From positions 4,332 to 68,331 of the forward strand of contig CAZSWA010000006.1 in the NCBI GenBank assembly GCA_964610465.1: a stretch of DNA of 64,000 nucleotides, in the 5' to 3' direction. Source of the DNA: an uncultured Gammaproteobacteria bacterium. GTDB lineage: Bacteria; Patescibacteriota; Microgenomatia; Levybacterales; UBA12049. Made by a program: the position numbers and the translations under genes. Numbering within the stretch: position 1 is the stretch's first letter; each line of letters starts with the position of its first letter. The notes beneath the pieces were generated by a model, which ran no database searches, was not told where the DNA came from, and saw only the letters and a program-made list of their open reading frames with translations. Below, piece by piece: positions 47,846-57,481 of this stretch.

Positions 47846-50605
47846 ATGATAATAGAAGGTGATAGAAGACCTGATAATGGTTCTATCCATAACCAAAAAA
47901 TTCCCTTTGACACTCCTAAAATAGGAGATCCTCATGGAGAAGTTTCTGGTAGGATAGGATTTACAGAGTTGCAGCAACTCTATCAAGCTCCAAAAGAATC
48001 CCGTGAAGTAAAATCTCCAACAGGAAAAGAGTGGATGTTTGTAGTGGAAGGATATACTCCGGAAGATTCAATAGAAGAAGAACGAAGAGAAAGACTCCTG
48101 GCATTAGGAAACGGAAATTTTACGATTGAACAAAAAGGTATAGATGGTTCAATACATATGGTATATCAAAAAGGTTTTTACATGCGTAACTCGGAGTCAG
48201 AATCTTCTGATTCAAGTCCTGTTGCTGCTGCGTTTAATATCGCAGGTTTTGGACTCCATATCAATAACGGTGAGCATTTAAATCCACGTACTTCTGATTT
48301 ATCTGACATAAAGAGAGAATATGACTTACGTCATGCAACTCTTACCACTTCGTATACATGGCATGAGCATGATAAAGGTCAGGAAAGAAAAACTGATGTA
48401 GAAATTGAATTATTTGTGAGTCAAACAGACCCAAATATCATTGCAAGAAAAATAACACTTAAGCCAAATTATAATGGTTCGCTGACAGTGAAAATGGGTA
48501 TTGAAGGGAACGCAGATAATGGTGGTATAGATTTTGTTGAAGAAGCACAGACAGAAGAAGTAGATGCTAAGATAACCCATTATAGTGCAAAAGCAAGATC
48601 ACATACTGAAGTATCAAAACCCAAAGATATTGCAATCGCACATAAAATAGATACCAATAGTGATGATATACAAAGAAAAATACTGCATGAAAATAGAAGC
48701 ATACACCAGGATATTACTGTAGCTGAAGCAAAAGCAGGTCAACCGTTGGTATTTGAAGAAATTATCAGTCTGCATACGAGTGTTGACCAAAAGTATGGAG
48801 ATAAATTTGGATGTACACCAGGAGAAGCTGCAATAGCTGAAATTAAAGAGGTAAAAAATTATGATGAGCTTAAAAAAGCTCATATAAAAGCCTGGGATAC
48901 AATTTGGGAAGATTCTGAACTTGAAGTAGAAGGTGACCCTGAAGTTGTATTTGCGCATCATTTTAACCGTTCACATTCCTTACAAGATGAACGAGAAGGT
49001 TATGATGAAGGCAGCACTGGAGCAAAGTTTAATCCTAAGCCGAGAAAAGGGTATGGTAGGCGCTCATTTCATGATGATAGATATCGAGCCCATAAAAAAC
49101 CTGAACTTTTAGAAACACACTTAAACTTCCGAATGAAATTAATGGAAGCAGCAAGAAAAAAAGCCAAGAGAACCCTATATGATTTTCGAATGAGAACAGC
49201 AACAACAGATGAAGAACGGGCAAAAGCAGAAACGCTTTATCACTCAAACATTGATGAAGGAATCCATTTGCCCTGGGAAGCATACTCTCCACCAGAGGAC
49301 GGAGAAGACCCAGAAGGCGGTCCAAAATGGATAATAAATGCTAAAGGAGAAAAAGTTGAAGTAGAAGCACTAGAAGAAGAAATTCATATTAATGCTGCAT
49401 TTGTACGGCAGATAGTGGAGCTCTATCATATGACAGGAGATAAAGAAAAACTCAGGAAATTTGCTCCATTTATTTTGGAATCAGCAAGATTCTATTCACT
49501 TCGTGGTTCTGAAGATGGAGTATATCGTGGAGTTATGGGTACTAATGAATACCATCCTCATGTGGATAATAATGGTTTAACCCAGACATATAGTAAATAT
49601 ACTATTGATAAAGCGCTTTGGTTATTGCAAGAAGGAATTGTCACAGATGAACAAATAAAAGAATTACATCTTACACAAGAAGAACTAGATAAATGGGAAG
49701 ATATGAGACAAAAAATTCATATTCCTCTTAATACAAAGACAATGATACTTAGTGCATTTGATGGGTATGAAGAAAAACAACATATTGATTTAAACTCGCC
49801 AGAGTATAAAGGTGTTGTTGGAATGGATAGTTTTCTTCTAAAAAAAGGGATACATGTGAGAGACACTGATGTTATTAAACAACCTGATGCAACACTTGTA
49901 TTACGGGAACTTTATTATGATTTTCTCAATCTTCTTTCACCTGAACAACTTAAGGAATTACGATTGAATAATCCTGGAAAATCAGATAATGAGATAATGG
50001 CTCTTATTTTTAAGACCAATCAGAAGTACTATAGAGAACATACGTGTCATGGTTCATCTCTCTCTCCAAATGAAAATGTGATAGCAGATCTTTTGGCTGG
50101 TGAAGATCCAAATACTGTATTTGAAACATACAAAGAGACTATTGCTATGGATGTATCACACAAGAATACTCATAACACACAAGACGGGTTACATAGTGGA
50201 AATATAAATGCAGCAGAAAAAGCTTTAGATGAAGGCTATGGAGGTGTTACAATAAATAAAGACGGTATTCATATGATACCAAGACTTCCTGATGCTAGTA
50301 AAATCTCAGTTATTCGAAGTACTGAATATTATAATGGAAATAAAGTAGGGATTGAAGTAAATCAAAATACAAATAAAATTACTGCAACTGCACTGGAATT
50401 TGCGCAAGGTGAAGAAGGAAGTGTGCCTGTATACTTAAATGGCAATTTTATATCCCTTTCAAGGGAGCATCGAACTGAATCAGTTGCACTTAAAGATACA
50501 GCTCAAGAACAACAGGAAAAAACAATTTTCTCTTCTACGCCGAAATTACCACAATTTTCACTTCCTCAACAACCTATATTTAATGGACAAACCTACGCTC
50601 AATAA
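47846..50605 (+). CDS. Glycoside hydrolase family 65-like protein (disaccharide phosphorylase family) with large charged insertion
   Basis: GH65 N-domain signature EWMFVVEGYTPEDSIEEERRERLLALGNGNF; 919 aa with Lys/Arg/Glu-rich insert around residues 380-470. Confidence 0.55.
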   Translation: MIIEGDRRPDNGSIHNQKIPFDTPKIGDPHGEVSGRIGFTELQQLYQAPKESREVKSPTGKEWMFVVEGYTPEDSIEEERRERLLALGNGNFTIEQKGIDGSIHMVYQKGFYMRNSESESSDSSPVAAAFNIAGFGLHINNGEHLNPRTSDLSDIKREYDLRHATLTTSYTWHEHDKGQERKTDVEIELFVSQTDPNIIARKITLKPNYNGSLTVKMGIEGNADNGGIDFVEEAQTEEVDAKITHYSAKARSHTEVSKPKDIAIAHKIDTNSDDIQRKILHENRSIHQDITVAEAKAGQPLVFEEIISLHTSVDQKYGDKFGCTPGEAAIAEIKEVKNYDELKKAHIKAWDTIWEDSELEVEGDPEVVFAHHFNRSHSLQDEREGYDEGSTGAKFNPKPRKGYGRRSFHDDRYRAHKKPELLETHLNFRMKLMEAARKKAKRTLYDFRMRTATTDEERAKAETLYHSNIDEGIHLPWEAYSPPEDGEDPEGGPKWIINAKGEKVEVEALEEEIHINAAFVRQIVELYHMTGDKEKLRKFAPFILESARFYSLRGSEDGVYRGVMGTNEYHPHVDNNGLTQTYSKYTIDKALWLLQEGIVTDEQIKELHLTQEELDKWEDMRQKIHIPLNTKTMILSAFDGYEEKQHIDLNSPEYKGVVGMDSFLLKKGIHVRDTDVIKQPDATLVLRELYYDFLNLLSPEQLKELRLNNPGKSDNEIMALIFKTNQKYYREHTCHGSSLSPNENVIADLLAGEDPNTVFETYKETIAMDVSHKNTHNTQDGLHSGNINAAEKALDEGYGGVTINKDGIHMIPRLPDASKISVIRSTEYYNGNKVGIEVNQNTNKITATALEFAQGEEGSVPVYLNGNFISLSREHRTESVALKDTAQEQQEKTIFSSTPKLPQFSLPQQPIFNGQTYAQ

Positions 50606-51285
50606 TTACTTTTACTCTCTTTGATGACGTAGCCGAATCCACGTACAGAGTGAAGGAGTTTTTTGGGATAGCCATTGTCAATTTTTTTTCTGAGGTAGCC
50701 CATGTAGACATCAACTACTCTGGTTTCTACTTCTGAGGAGTACAGCCAGATTCTACTTAAGATCATTTCTCGTGTTAATATTCTTCCTTTGTTACTCATT
50801 AAGTACTGAAGAAGTTTAAACTCCTGGGGAGTAAGTTGAATAAGTTTTCCAGAGCGTTTAACCTCTAAGGTTTTATTATCTAACTCTAAATCATCAACTT
50901 TGAGCGTTGCATTGGTATCTCCTTGTTTTCTTAGCCTTGCTTTAATACGAGCTAAGAATTCATCAGCAACAAAAGGTTTGGTCATGTAATCATCAGCACC
51001 AAGGTTTAAGCCTTGAACAATATCATTGATGGAGTCTTTGGCAGTAAGAATGATGATAGGCAGGTCTTTATGTTTTTTTCTGATTTCCTGACACACTGCT
51101 TCACCACTCATGTTAGGAAGACCTAAATCAAGAACCACCACATCCGGGTCTCCTTTTTTAAAGTATTCTAAAGCTTGAATACCATCTCCTACTGTATGCA
51201 CAGCATACCCATTATCCAGCAACAACTCCTTCAAATACTTCTGCAATCCCTTATCATCTTCCACTACCAATGTAGTATTTACCAT
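50599..51285 (-). CDS. OmpR/PhoB-family response regulator, copy B
   Basis: Protein identical to copy A from residue 6 onward except for the C-terminal extension SKSNY. Confidence 0.85.
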   Translation of the reverse strand: MVNTTLVVEDDKGLQKYLKELLLDNGYAVHTVGDGIQALEYFKKGDPDVVVLDLGLPNMSGEAVCQEIRKKHKDLPIIILTAKDSINDIVQGLNLGADDYMTKPFVADEFLARIKARLRKQGDTNATLKVDDLELDNKTLEVKRSGKLIQLTPQEFKLLQYLMSNKGRILTREMILSRIWLYSSEVETRVVDVYMGYLRKKIDNGYPKKLLHSVRGFGYVIKESKSNY

Positions 51286-51287
51286 TA
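50617..51287. repeat. Direct repeat B (~670 bp)
   Basis: See repeat A. Confidence 0.8.
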
Positions 51288-51486
51288 CTCGAAATTATAA
51301 CAAATAAATAGAGACTTACAAGAGAAATGATACATTTCTTGCAATCTTATTACAGAAAGTAAGAGATTTATTACCAAATTATCATACTAGCTCTTCTGTT
51401 TTACAGAAAGCACTGATAATAGAAAGAAAATGTACTATGTTTTTACATATTTCTTACGCTCTAATAGTTGCATTTTTACAAAAAAC

Positions 51487-51514
51487 TTGACAAAATAAAA
51501 TATTTTGGTATAAT
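51487..51514 (+). promoter_or_regulatory. Sigma-70-type promoter upstream of the GH18 gene
   Basis: TTGACA -35, 16-nt spacer, TGgTATAAT extended -10; about 80 nt upstream of ATG 51593. Confidence 0.45.
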
Positions 51515-51592
51515 TCGCCCCAAGTCCTTCGGTTTTATTCTTAACATATTATCTTTAACAATCAAAATCAGTTATTCCTAAATAAATAACTT

Positions 51593-52951
51593 ATGGATTT
51601 GAAACTGCCCGGTTATAGACAAAAACAATTTATACGATTCTTACAACAAAACGGTACTTCCACAAGTGCATATAAGAAAAAAAGCCTACTAGTCTCTCTT
51701 GAATACATTTGGGCATTTCTCATTTGTGCATTTACGCTTCTCACACTTCTTCTTTTTTATGTCCCAATGACCCATACAAACAAAAGTAAATTTGTTTCAC
51801 CAATGGTTCTCGACTGGAAAAAGACTAATCTTAAACCACTTACCCAAAGTAAAAAAGGATATGAAGTATTTGGATTTGCACCCTATTGGACAATTAATAA
51901 ACTTGATAATGTTGATTTTAGTACATTGACCACTTTTTCTTACTTTGGCGTACCAGTTGATGCATATGGTAATTTGCAAAGAGATGATCAAGGGTATCTT
52001 ACATTTATAAGTGATAAGGCAAGTGATATCTTCAAAAAAGCTCATGCAACAAATACTAGAGTTGTCTTGACTGTTACCCAAATGGATAATTATTCTATTG
52101 CGTCTCTTCTTGATAATCCTGATGCACAAGCTAACGCGATTTCCCAAATAGTAACTGAAGTAAAAAATCGCGGTATCGATGGAGTAAACGTGGATTTTGA
52201 ATATGTAGGCGATCCAGGAGACGGATATCGTACAGAGTTTACCAATTTTGTGAGTAACTTAACTGATAAGCTGCATCAGCAAGTACCAAACTCAAAAGTA
52301 ACAGTATCTGTATATGCTCTTTCAGTACGCGATCCAAAACTCTACAATATTGCAAGTCTTGCAAAACATACGGACGGAATTTTTATGATGGCTTATGATT
52401 TTGCAGGAGTTGGTGCTGACAATGCGATGCCTACTGCCCCATTATATGGATACAATCAAGGAAAATATCCATATGATGTATCAACTGCGGTAAATGATTT
52501 TCTTAAAGTAATGCCATCTGAAAAACTCATTCTTGGAGTCCCGTATTATGGATATAACTATCTGGTTTATCAACCTCAAGTAAATAGCCAAACGCTTCCC
52601 TATTGGACATGGAAAGGTCAGCCAATGACACAGACATATTCTATCGCACAAGATGATATCCAGCCAACCATGGATGGTGTTGACGCGTATACCACTGGTT
52701 GGGATGCTGTAGGGGATGTAGGATACAAAGCCTATCATGATACGTATAACGATACCTGGAGAATGATATTTGTAGAAGATACCAAATCACTGGGGATGAA
52801 ATATGACTTCGCAAAAAATAAAAATCTTGCTGGAATAGGAATTTGGGCTCTTGGATTTGATGATGGTAAAAAGGAACTATGGGCATTATTACGACAAAAA
52901 TTCGGAGAGAAATTAGCTGATAGCAGAGGAGCAAACTATGGAACAAATTGA
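51593..52951 (+). CDS. Glycoside hydrolase family 18 (chitinase-like) protein, membrane-anchored
   Basis: N-terminal TM; catalytic motif DGVNVDFEY (DxxDxDxE). Confidence 0.7.
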   Translation: MDLKLPGYRQKQFIRFLQQNGTSTSAYKKKSLLVSLEYIWAFLICAFTLLTLLLFYVPMTHTNKSKFVSPMVLDWKKTNLKPLTQSKKGYEVFGFAPYWTINKLDNVDFSTLTTFSYFGVPVDAYGNLQRDDQGYLTFISDKASDIFKKAHATNTRVVLTVTQMDNYSIASLLDNPDAQANAISQIVTEVKNRGIDGVNVDFEYVGDPGDGYRTEFTNFVSNLTDKLHQQVPNSKVTVSVYALSVRDPKLYNIASLAKHTDGIFMMAYDFAGVGADNAMPTAPLYGYNQGKYPYDVSTAVNDFLKVMPSEKLILGVPYYGYNYLVYQPQVNSQTLPYWTWKGQPMTQTYSIAQDDIQPTMDGVDAYTTGWDAVGDVGYKAYHDTYNDTWRMIFVEDTKSLGMKYDFAKNKNLAGIGIWALGFDDGKKELWALLRQKFGEKLADSRGANYGTN

Positions 52952-54032
52952 AAAGATCTTACAAATAATTGAAGAGAATATCTCATTTTCACCTTTTCAA
53001 ATACGTATTTTTATCGGTACCTGCACTGCCATGTTTATCATGGTAGTATTGCAACATTTGGGTATTCAATCTCCGCTTAGGTTACAAAAATTAATTTCAC
53101 CAATTACTAAAAAAACAGATATTTTTATGACAATTCGTCAAAAACTTGATGGGAAACCTACTCAATATAAATTGCATGGACAATCATCACTTATCCAAAG
53201 CACATACGCTGCTTCAGATTACGATTCAGCCAATTCATATGCAGTGATAGATTTTGATTCAGGGAATGTTCTTGCACAGAAAGATATCAGTAAAAAAATT
53301 TCTATTGCCTCTCTCACTAAGCTTATGACTGCTGTTGTGGCACTTGATCTCACATCACCTGATGAGGTTTTTACCGTTACTCCGACTGCTGCAAATATGC
53401 CTCCCACAAAACTTGGACTTACTCCTGGTGAAAAATTAACACTTTATGAATTATTGCATGGTGCACTTATGACATCTGCCAATGATGCAGCAGAGGAGAT
53501 AAAAGATGGAATTAATCAAAAATATAACTCTGATATTTTTGTACGGGCAATGAATGAAAAAGCACAATTTTTAGGACTCAAAAACTCTAACTTTACCAAC
53601 CCGCAAGGACTTGATTGGGGCGATAATTATAGTAGCGTAGAGGATTTGGCAATACTTACAAATTATGCATTTACCAATTATCCTTTAATTTCAGAGATTG
53701 TCCAAAAAGATTTCCAGCATTTTGCAGCCAATGAAAACCACCCTCAAATGGATTTAAACAATTGGAACGGGTTGTTGGATGTATATCCAGATACAAAAGG
53801 AGTAAAGATAGGCAATACCAGAGCTGCCGGATATACCACAATTGCATTGTCTAACAGGGGAGGAAAAAGAATACTTGCAGTAGTACTAGGTGCTCCCGGA
53901 ATTTTACAAAGGGATCTATGGGCATCTGAACTTTTGGATTTGGGATACCAAAAGACGTTAAACCTTGATCCCATAAATATAACAGAGAGTCAACTAAAAG
54001 AAAAATATAACAGTTGGCAGTATTGGAATTAA
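52938..54032 (+). CDS. Serine-type D-Ala-D-Ala carboxypeptidase (peptidase S11), second paralogue
   Basis: SxxK (ASLTK), SxN (SANDAA), K(T/I)G (KIGNT); overlaps GH18 gene by 14 nt. Confidence 0.7.
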   Translation: MEQIEKILQIIEENISFSPFQIRIFIGTCTAMFIMVVLQHLGIQSPLRLQKLISPITKKTDIFMTIRQKLDGKPTQYKLHGQSSLIQSTYAASDYDSANSYAVIDFDSGNVLAQKDISKKISIASLTKLMTAVVALDLTSPDEVFTVTPTAANMPPTKLGLTPGEKLTLYELLHGALMTSANDAAEEIKDGINQKYNSDIFVRAMNEKAQFLGLKNSNFTNPQGLDWGDNYSSVEDLAILTNYAFTNYPLISEIVQKDFQHFAANENHPQMDLNNWNGLLDVYPDTKGVKIGNTRAAGYTTIALSNRGGKRILAVVLGAPGILQRDLWASELLDLGYQKTLNLDPINITESQLKEKYNSWQYWN

Positions 54033-54281
54033 AACTTTGTAAATAATCAAAAGATTTGAAAGGTGGTGAAGATTGATGAAGGAGTTTATAAGAAGATTGA
54101 TTAGTATATTTGGAAGAAAACCAGCCTACGCGCCAGTACGAGTGAGATAGTTTTTTTGCTTTTTTTACATTTTCCTCATGTGATATCTTCTATTATCTTG
54201 TATTCTCAAGATAAATCTTACAAATTTTTTTCAATTCCTTTACAAAGTAAACAGTATTGTATAGGTATACTTTTCACAAAA

Positions 54282-56423
54282 ATGAAACACCTAACTGCTC
54301 TTATCTATCCATACAAAACTGAACTATTAATTTCTTCAATAGCAATACTCGGTTTTGTGTTATTTATTCCTGTGTTTACCTATGTCTATTTTGCCAATGA
54401 TTTAAAAAGTAAAGATGCAATCATGAACAGGAATAATACAGGGATTATTTTAACTGATAGAAATAACAAACCATTTTTTACGTTTTATCAAGCAAAATAT
54501 ACAAGTTCTGTTTCCCTTTCTCAAATACCGGCGTTTGTGCAGGAAGCGGTTATTGCCTCAGAAGATAAAGATTTTTATCATCACTCAGGATTCTCATTCG
54601 TATCAATTATTCGTGCTTCATTATATGATTTGCTTCATCAGGATGTAAGTTATGGCGGCTCTACAATTACTCAGCAATTAGTAAAAAATGCCCTGTTAAA
54701 TTCCAATAAAAATTTTTTGCGAAAATATCAAGAACTGGTACTTGCACAAGAAATTGAAAGACGGTATAGCAAACAAGAGATTCTGGAAATGTATTTGAAT
54801 TCCGTATATCTTGGAGAAGGAGCATTTGGAGTTGATAATGCCGCACTCACTTATTTTGGCAAGCATGCAAAAGACCTCACTCTTGCACAAACAAGTTTTT
54901 TGGCTGCAATTCTCCCATCACCTTCAACTTTGTCTCCTTTTACTGGAAGTATTTTACAAGCAAAAGTGAGGCAAAGGATAGTTCTTGAAAAAATGTATGA
55001 GCAAAACTACATTAACAAATATCAAGAATTGCAGGCAGAAAAAGAACAGCTTACTTTTAATAATTCTAATCAAGATATCAATTCCTATGCTCCGCATTTT
55101 GCGCTCATGGTTCGGGACGAGCTTATAAAAAAATATGGTGAGGAATATATTTCCCGCTCAGGATTTCGAGTACGAACTACACTAGATCTTGAGAAACAAA
55201 AAGTTGCAGAACAAGCGGTCAAAAAACAAGTCACAAATCTCGCTCTCGATAATGTATCAAACGGCGCAGCGGTTGCAATTGATCCAAAAACCGGAGAAAT
55301 ACTTGCGCTTGTTGGGAGTACCAACTGGTATGATAATAAATTTGGCAAAATGAATCTGGCTACTACCCCTCGTTCTGTTGGTTCTTCCTTTAAACCTATC
55401 GTGTACTCGGCAGCTTTTGAAGAACATCTCATTACCCCTGCGACACTACTTCATGATGTGCCAACGGTATTTCCCGGAGGATATGCTCCTCTTGATTATG
55501 ATAGAAAATTTAGAGGAAGTGTAACAGTACGACGGGCATTATCAAATTCTCTCAATGTTCCAGCAGTTGAAGTAATGACAAAAGTAGGTTTACCTAACGC
55601 TCTTGCAATGGCAAAGAGACTTGGTGTCACATCACTTGGTGATCCATCAAACTACGGTTTGTCTCTTGTTCTTGGCACAGGTGAAGTTCCTCTTGTTGAG
55701 CTTACTGATGCTTATGCTGTTTTTGCCAACAATGGAATACATAATCAACCAGTAACAATACTTGATATTTATAATAAATACAATACAAAAGTGTATTACT
55801 ACAAACCAAAACCTCAGCAAGTGCTAAGTCCGGCTGTTGCATTTCTTATCTCATTAATTCTTTCTGATAACAACGCACGGGCTGAAGAATTTGGAAATTT
55901 GTTAACTATTTCACGGCCTGCTGCGGTTAAAACGGGTACGGCAGAGGATTATAAAGATGCATTAACTATCGGCTATACTCCAAGTCTTGTCGTTGGAGTA
56001 TGGGTTGGCAACAATGATAATAGCGTGATGGATAGTGTTGCAGGTTCCCTTGGGGCTGCGCCAATTTGGAAAGATATGATGGAAAATTATTTAGCAAATA
56101 CGATAGTTGAAAATTTTTCTCCGCCATCAGATATTGTACAAGCAAATGTTTGTGGCAATGGAACTGTAATACGAGATGGAAACAGAATATCATACGGTCA
56201 GACAGAGTATTTTATAAAAGGTACACAGCCTATCAATACTTTTTGTACTGTAGCTCCAAGAATTGCATTTCCAAATGGGGTAATTCCATCTCAGCAGCCT
56301 TTTCCAAATTACCAAAATCAAAGTCCAGATACCCAAAATATTGGTAAGGAAATACAAAAAAGAATACATGAGGAAATAAAGCAAACAGAACAAGCCAGAA
56401 AAACCAATGCTATATCTGAATAA
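54282..56423 (+). CDS. Class A penicillin-binding protein (bifunctional transglycosylase/transpeptidase, PBP1A family)
   Basis: GT51 motifs EDKDFYHHSGF, GGSTITQQLVKN; transpeptidase SVGSSFKP, SNS, KTGT; start placed at MKHLTAL. Confidence 0.85.
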   Translation: MKHLTALIYPYKTELLISSIAILGFVLFIPVFTYVYFANDLKSKDAIMNRNNTGIILTDRNNKPFFTFYQAKYTSSVSLSQIPAFVQEAVIASEDKDFYHHSGFSFVSIIRASLYDLLHQDVSYGGSTITQQLVKNALLNSNKNFLRKYQELVLAQEIERRYSKQEILEMYLNSVYLGEGAFGVDNAALTYFGKHAKDLTLAQTSFLAAILPSPSTLSPFTGSILQAKVRQRIVLEKMYEQNYINKYQELQAEKEQLTFNNSNQDINSYAPHFALMVRDELIKKYGEEYISRSGFRVRTTLDLEKQKVAEQAVKKQVTNLALDNVSNGAAVAIDPKTGEILALVGSTNWYDNKFGKMNLATTPRSVGSSFKPIVYSAAFEEHLITPATLLHDVPTVFPGGYAPLDYDRKFRGSVTVRRALSNSLNVPAVEVMTKVGLPNALAMAKRLGVTSLGDPSNYGLSLVLGTGEVPLVELTDAYAVFANNGIHNQPVTILDIYNKYNTKVYYYKPKPQQVLSPAVAFLISLILSDNNARAEEFGNLLTISRPAAVKTGTAEDYKDALTIGYTPSLVVGVWVGNNDNSVMDSVAGSLGAAPIWKDMMENYLANTIVENFSPPSDIVQANVCGNGTVIRDGNRISYGQTEYFIKGTQPINTFCTVAPRIAFPNGVIPSQQPFPNYQNQSPDTQNIGKEIQKRIHEEIKQTEQARKTNAISE

Positions 56424-56514
56424 TTATTGCTACTCTTACAATCCATTCTATTAGAATACGTATTGACAAGTTTCCGCTAATATTATTAGATGAATATAGT
56501 AGTATTTTCCTGCC

Positions 56515-57465
56515 ATGGATACAAATGATAAAAGCGCTATTCCAAACCAAGAACCACGAGTTCAGCCAAATAACACTTTACCCAACAATACTGTTCCACT
56601 AGCTTCGACTCCAGCACAACCGGTAGCTTCAACACCCCCTCCACCTGTTTCCTCACAGCACAAAAGTAATTACTCTACCGCATTTGTTATTATTTTTCTC
56701 ATTTGTGCTTTTCTTAGCGGTCTTATTCTAGCAATGGTATTTTTCCAAAACGAACTGCAAAAACTCAACGCTGCAAAACCATCGGCAAGTAGTACATCAT
56801 CTATTTCCAAAACTGTAATTGTTGGTACTGACGCAACAGCTCCGCCTATGGAATCGGTGAATAAACAAGGAGGGTTAATAGGATATGATATTGATTTAGG
56901 ATATCGTTTAGCCAATGAAATGGGGGTAAAAGCTGAGTTTAAAAACATTCCCTGGGATAATATATTTCAGGCACTTTTGGATAAGAAAATTGACATGATT
57001 ATATCTTCAGTTACTATTACTGACGAAAGAAAACAAAAATATGCATTTTCAGATTCATATATAAATGCAGGACAGGTTATCGTTTCAAGGAAAGATCATC
57101 CGTATAAAACTACAGCAGAACTTATGGGTAAGAAGCTATCTGTTCAAAAAGGGACAACGGATGAAAAAGAAGCATTAACACTTACAAATCCTAATCTTGT
57201 AGTAAGTTTCAGTGATTTTGTTGATGCGACAAAAGCTTTAGCCAATGGGCAAGTAGATGCGATGATATCTGATCTTACATTTGCAAAAGGATTTATCAGT
57301 GAATACGATAATTTAAAAATTACGAGTGATCCTTTCACCAATGAATATTATGGAGTAGTTATGAGAAAAGAAAATAAAGATCTTCTAAAAAAAGTAAACG
57401 ATGCGTTAAATATTTTACAGGTAAACGGCGTACTCACAGACTTAAAACAGAAATGGCTCAATTAG
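56515..57465 (+). CDS. Membrane-anchored amino-acid ABC-type substrate-binding protein (SBP_bac_3 family)
   Basis: Low-complexity N-terminus and TM, then VIVGTDATAPPMESV...GYDIDLG...IDMIISSVTIT.. Confidence 0.7.
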   Translation: MDTNDKSAIPNQEPRVQPNNTLPNNTVPLASTPAQPVASTPPPPVSSQHKSNYSTAFVIIFLICAFLSGLILAMVFFQNELQKLNAAKPSASSTSSISKTVIVGTDATAPPMESVNKQGGLIGYDIDLGYRLANEMGVKAEFKNIPWDNIFQALLDKKIDMIISSVTITDERKQKYAFSDSYINAGQVIVSRKDHPYKTTAELMGKKLSVQKGTTDEKEALTLTNPNLVVSFSDFVDATKALANGQVDAMISDLTFAKGFISEYDNLKITSDPFTNEYYGVVMRKENKDLLKKVNDALNILQVNGVLTDLKQKWLN

Positions 57466-57481
57466 GAGACACAATAAATGA

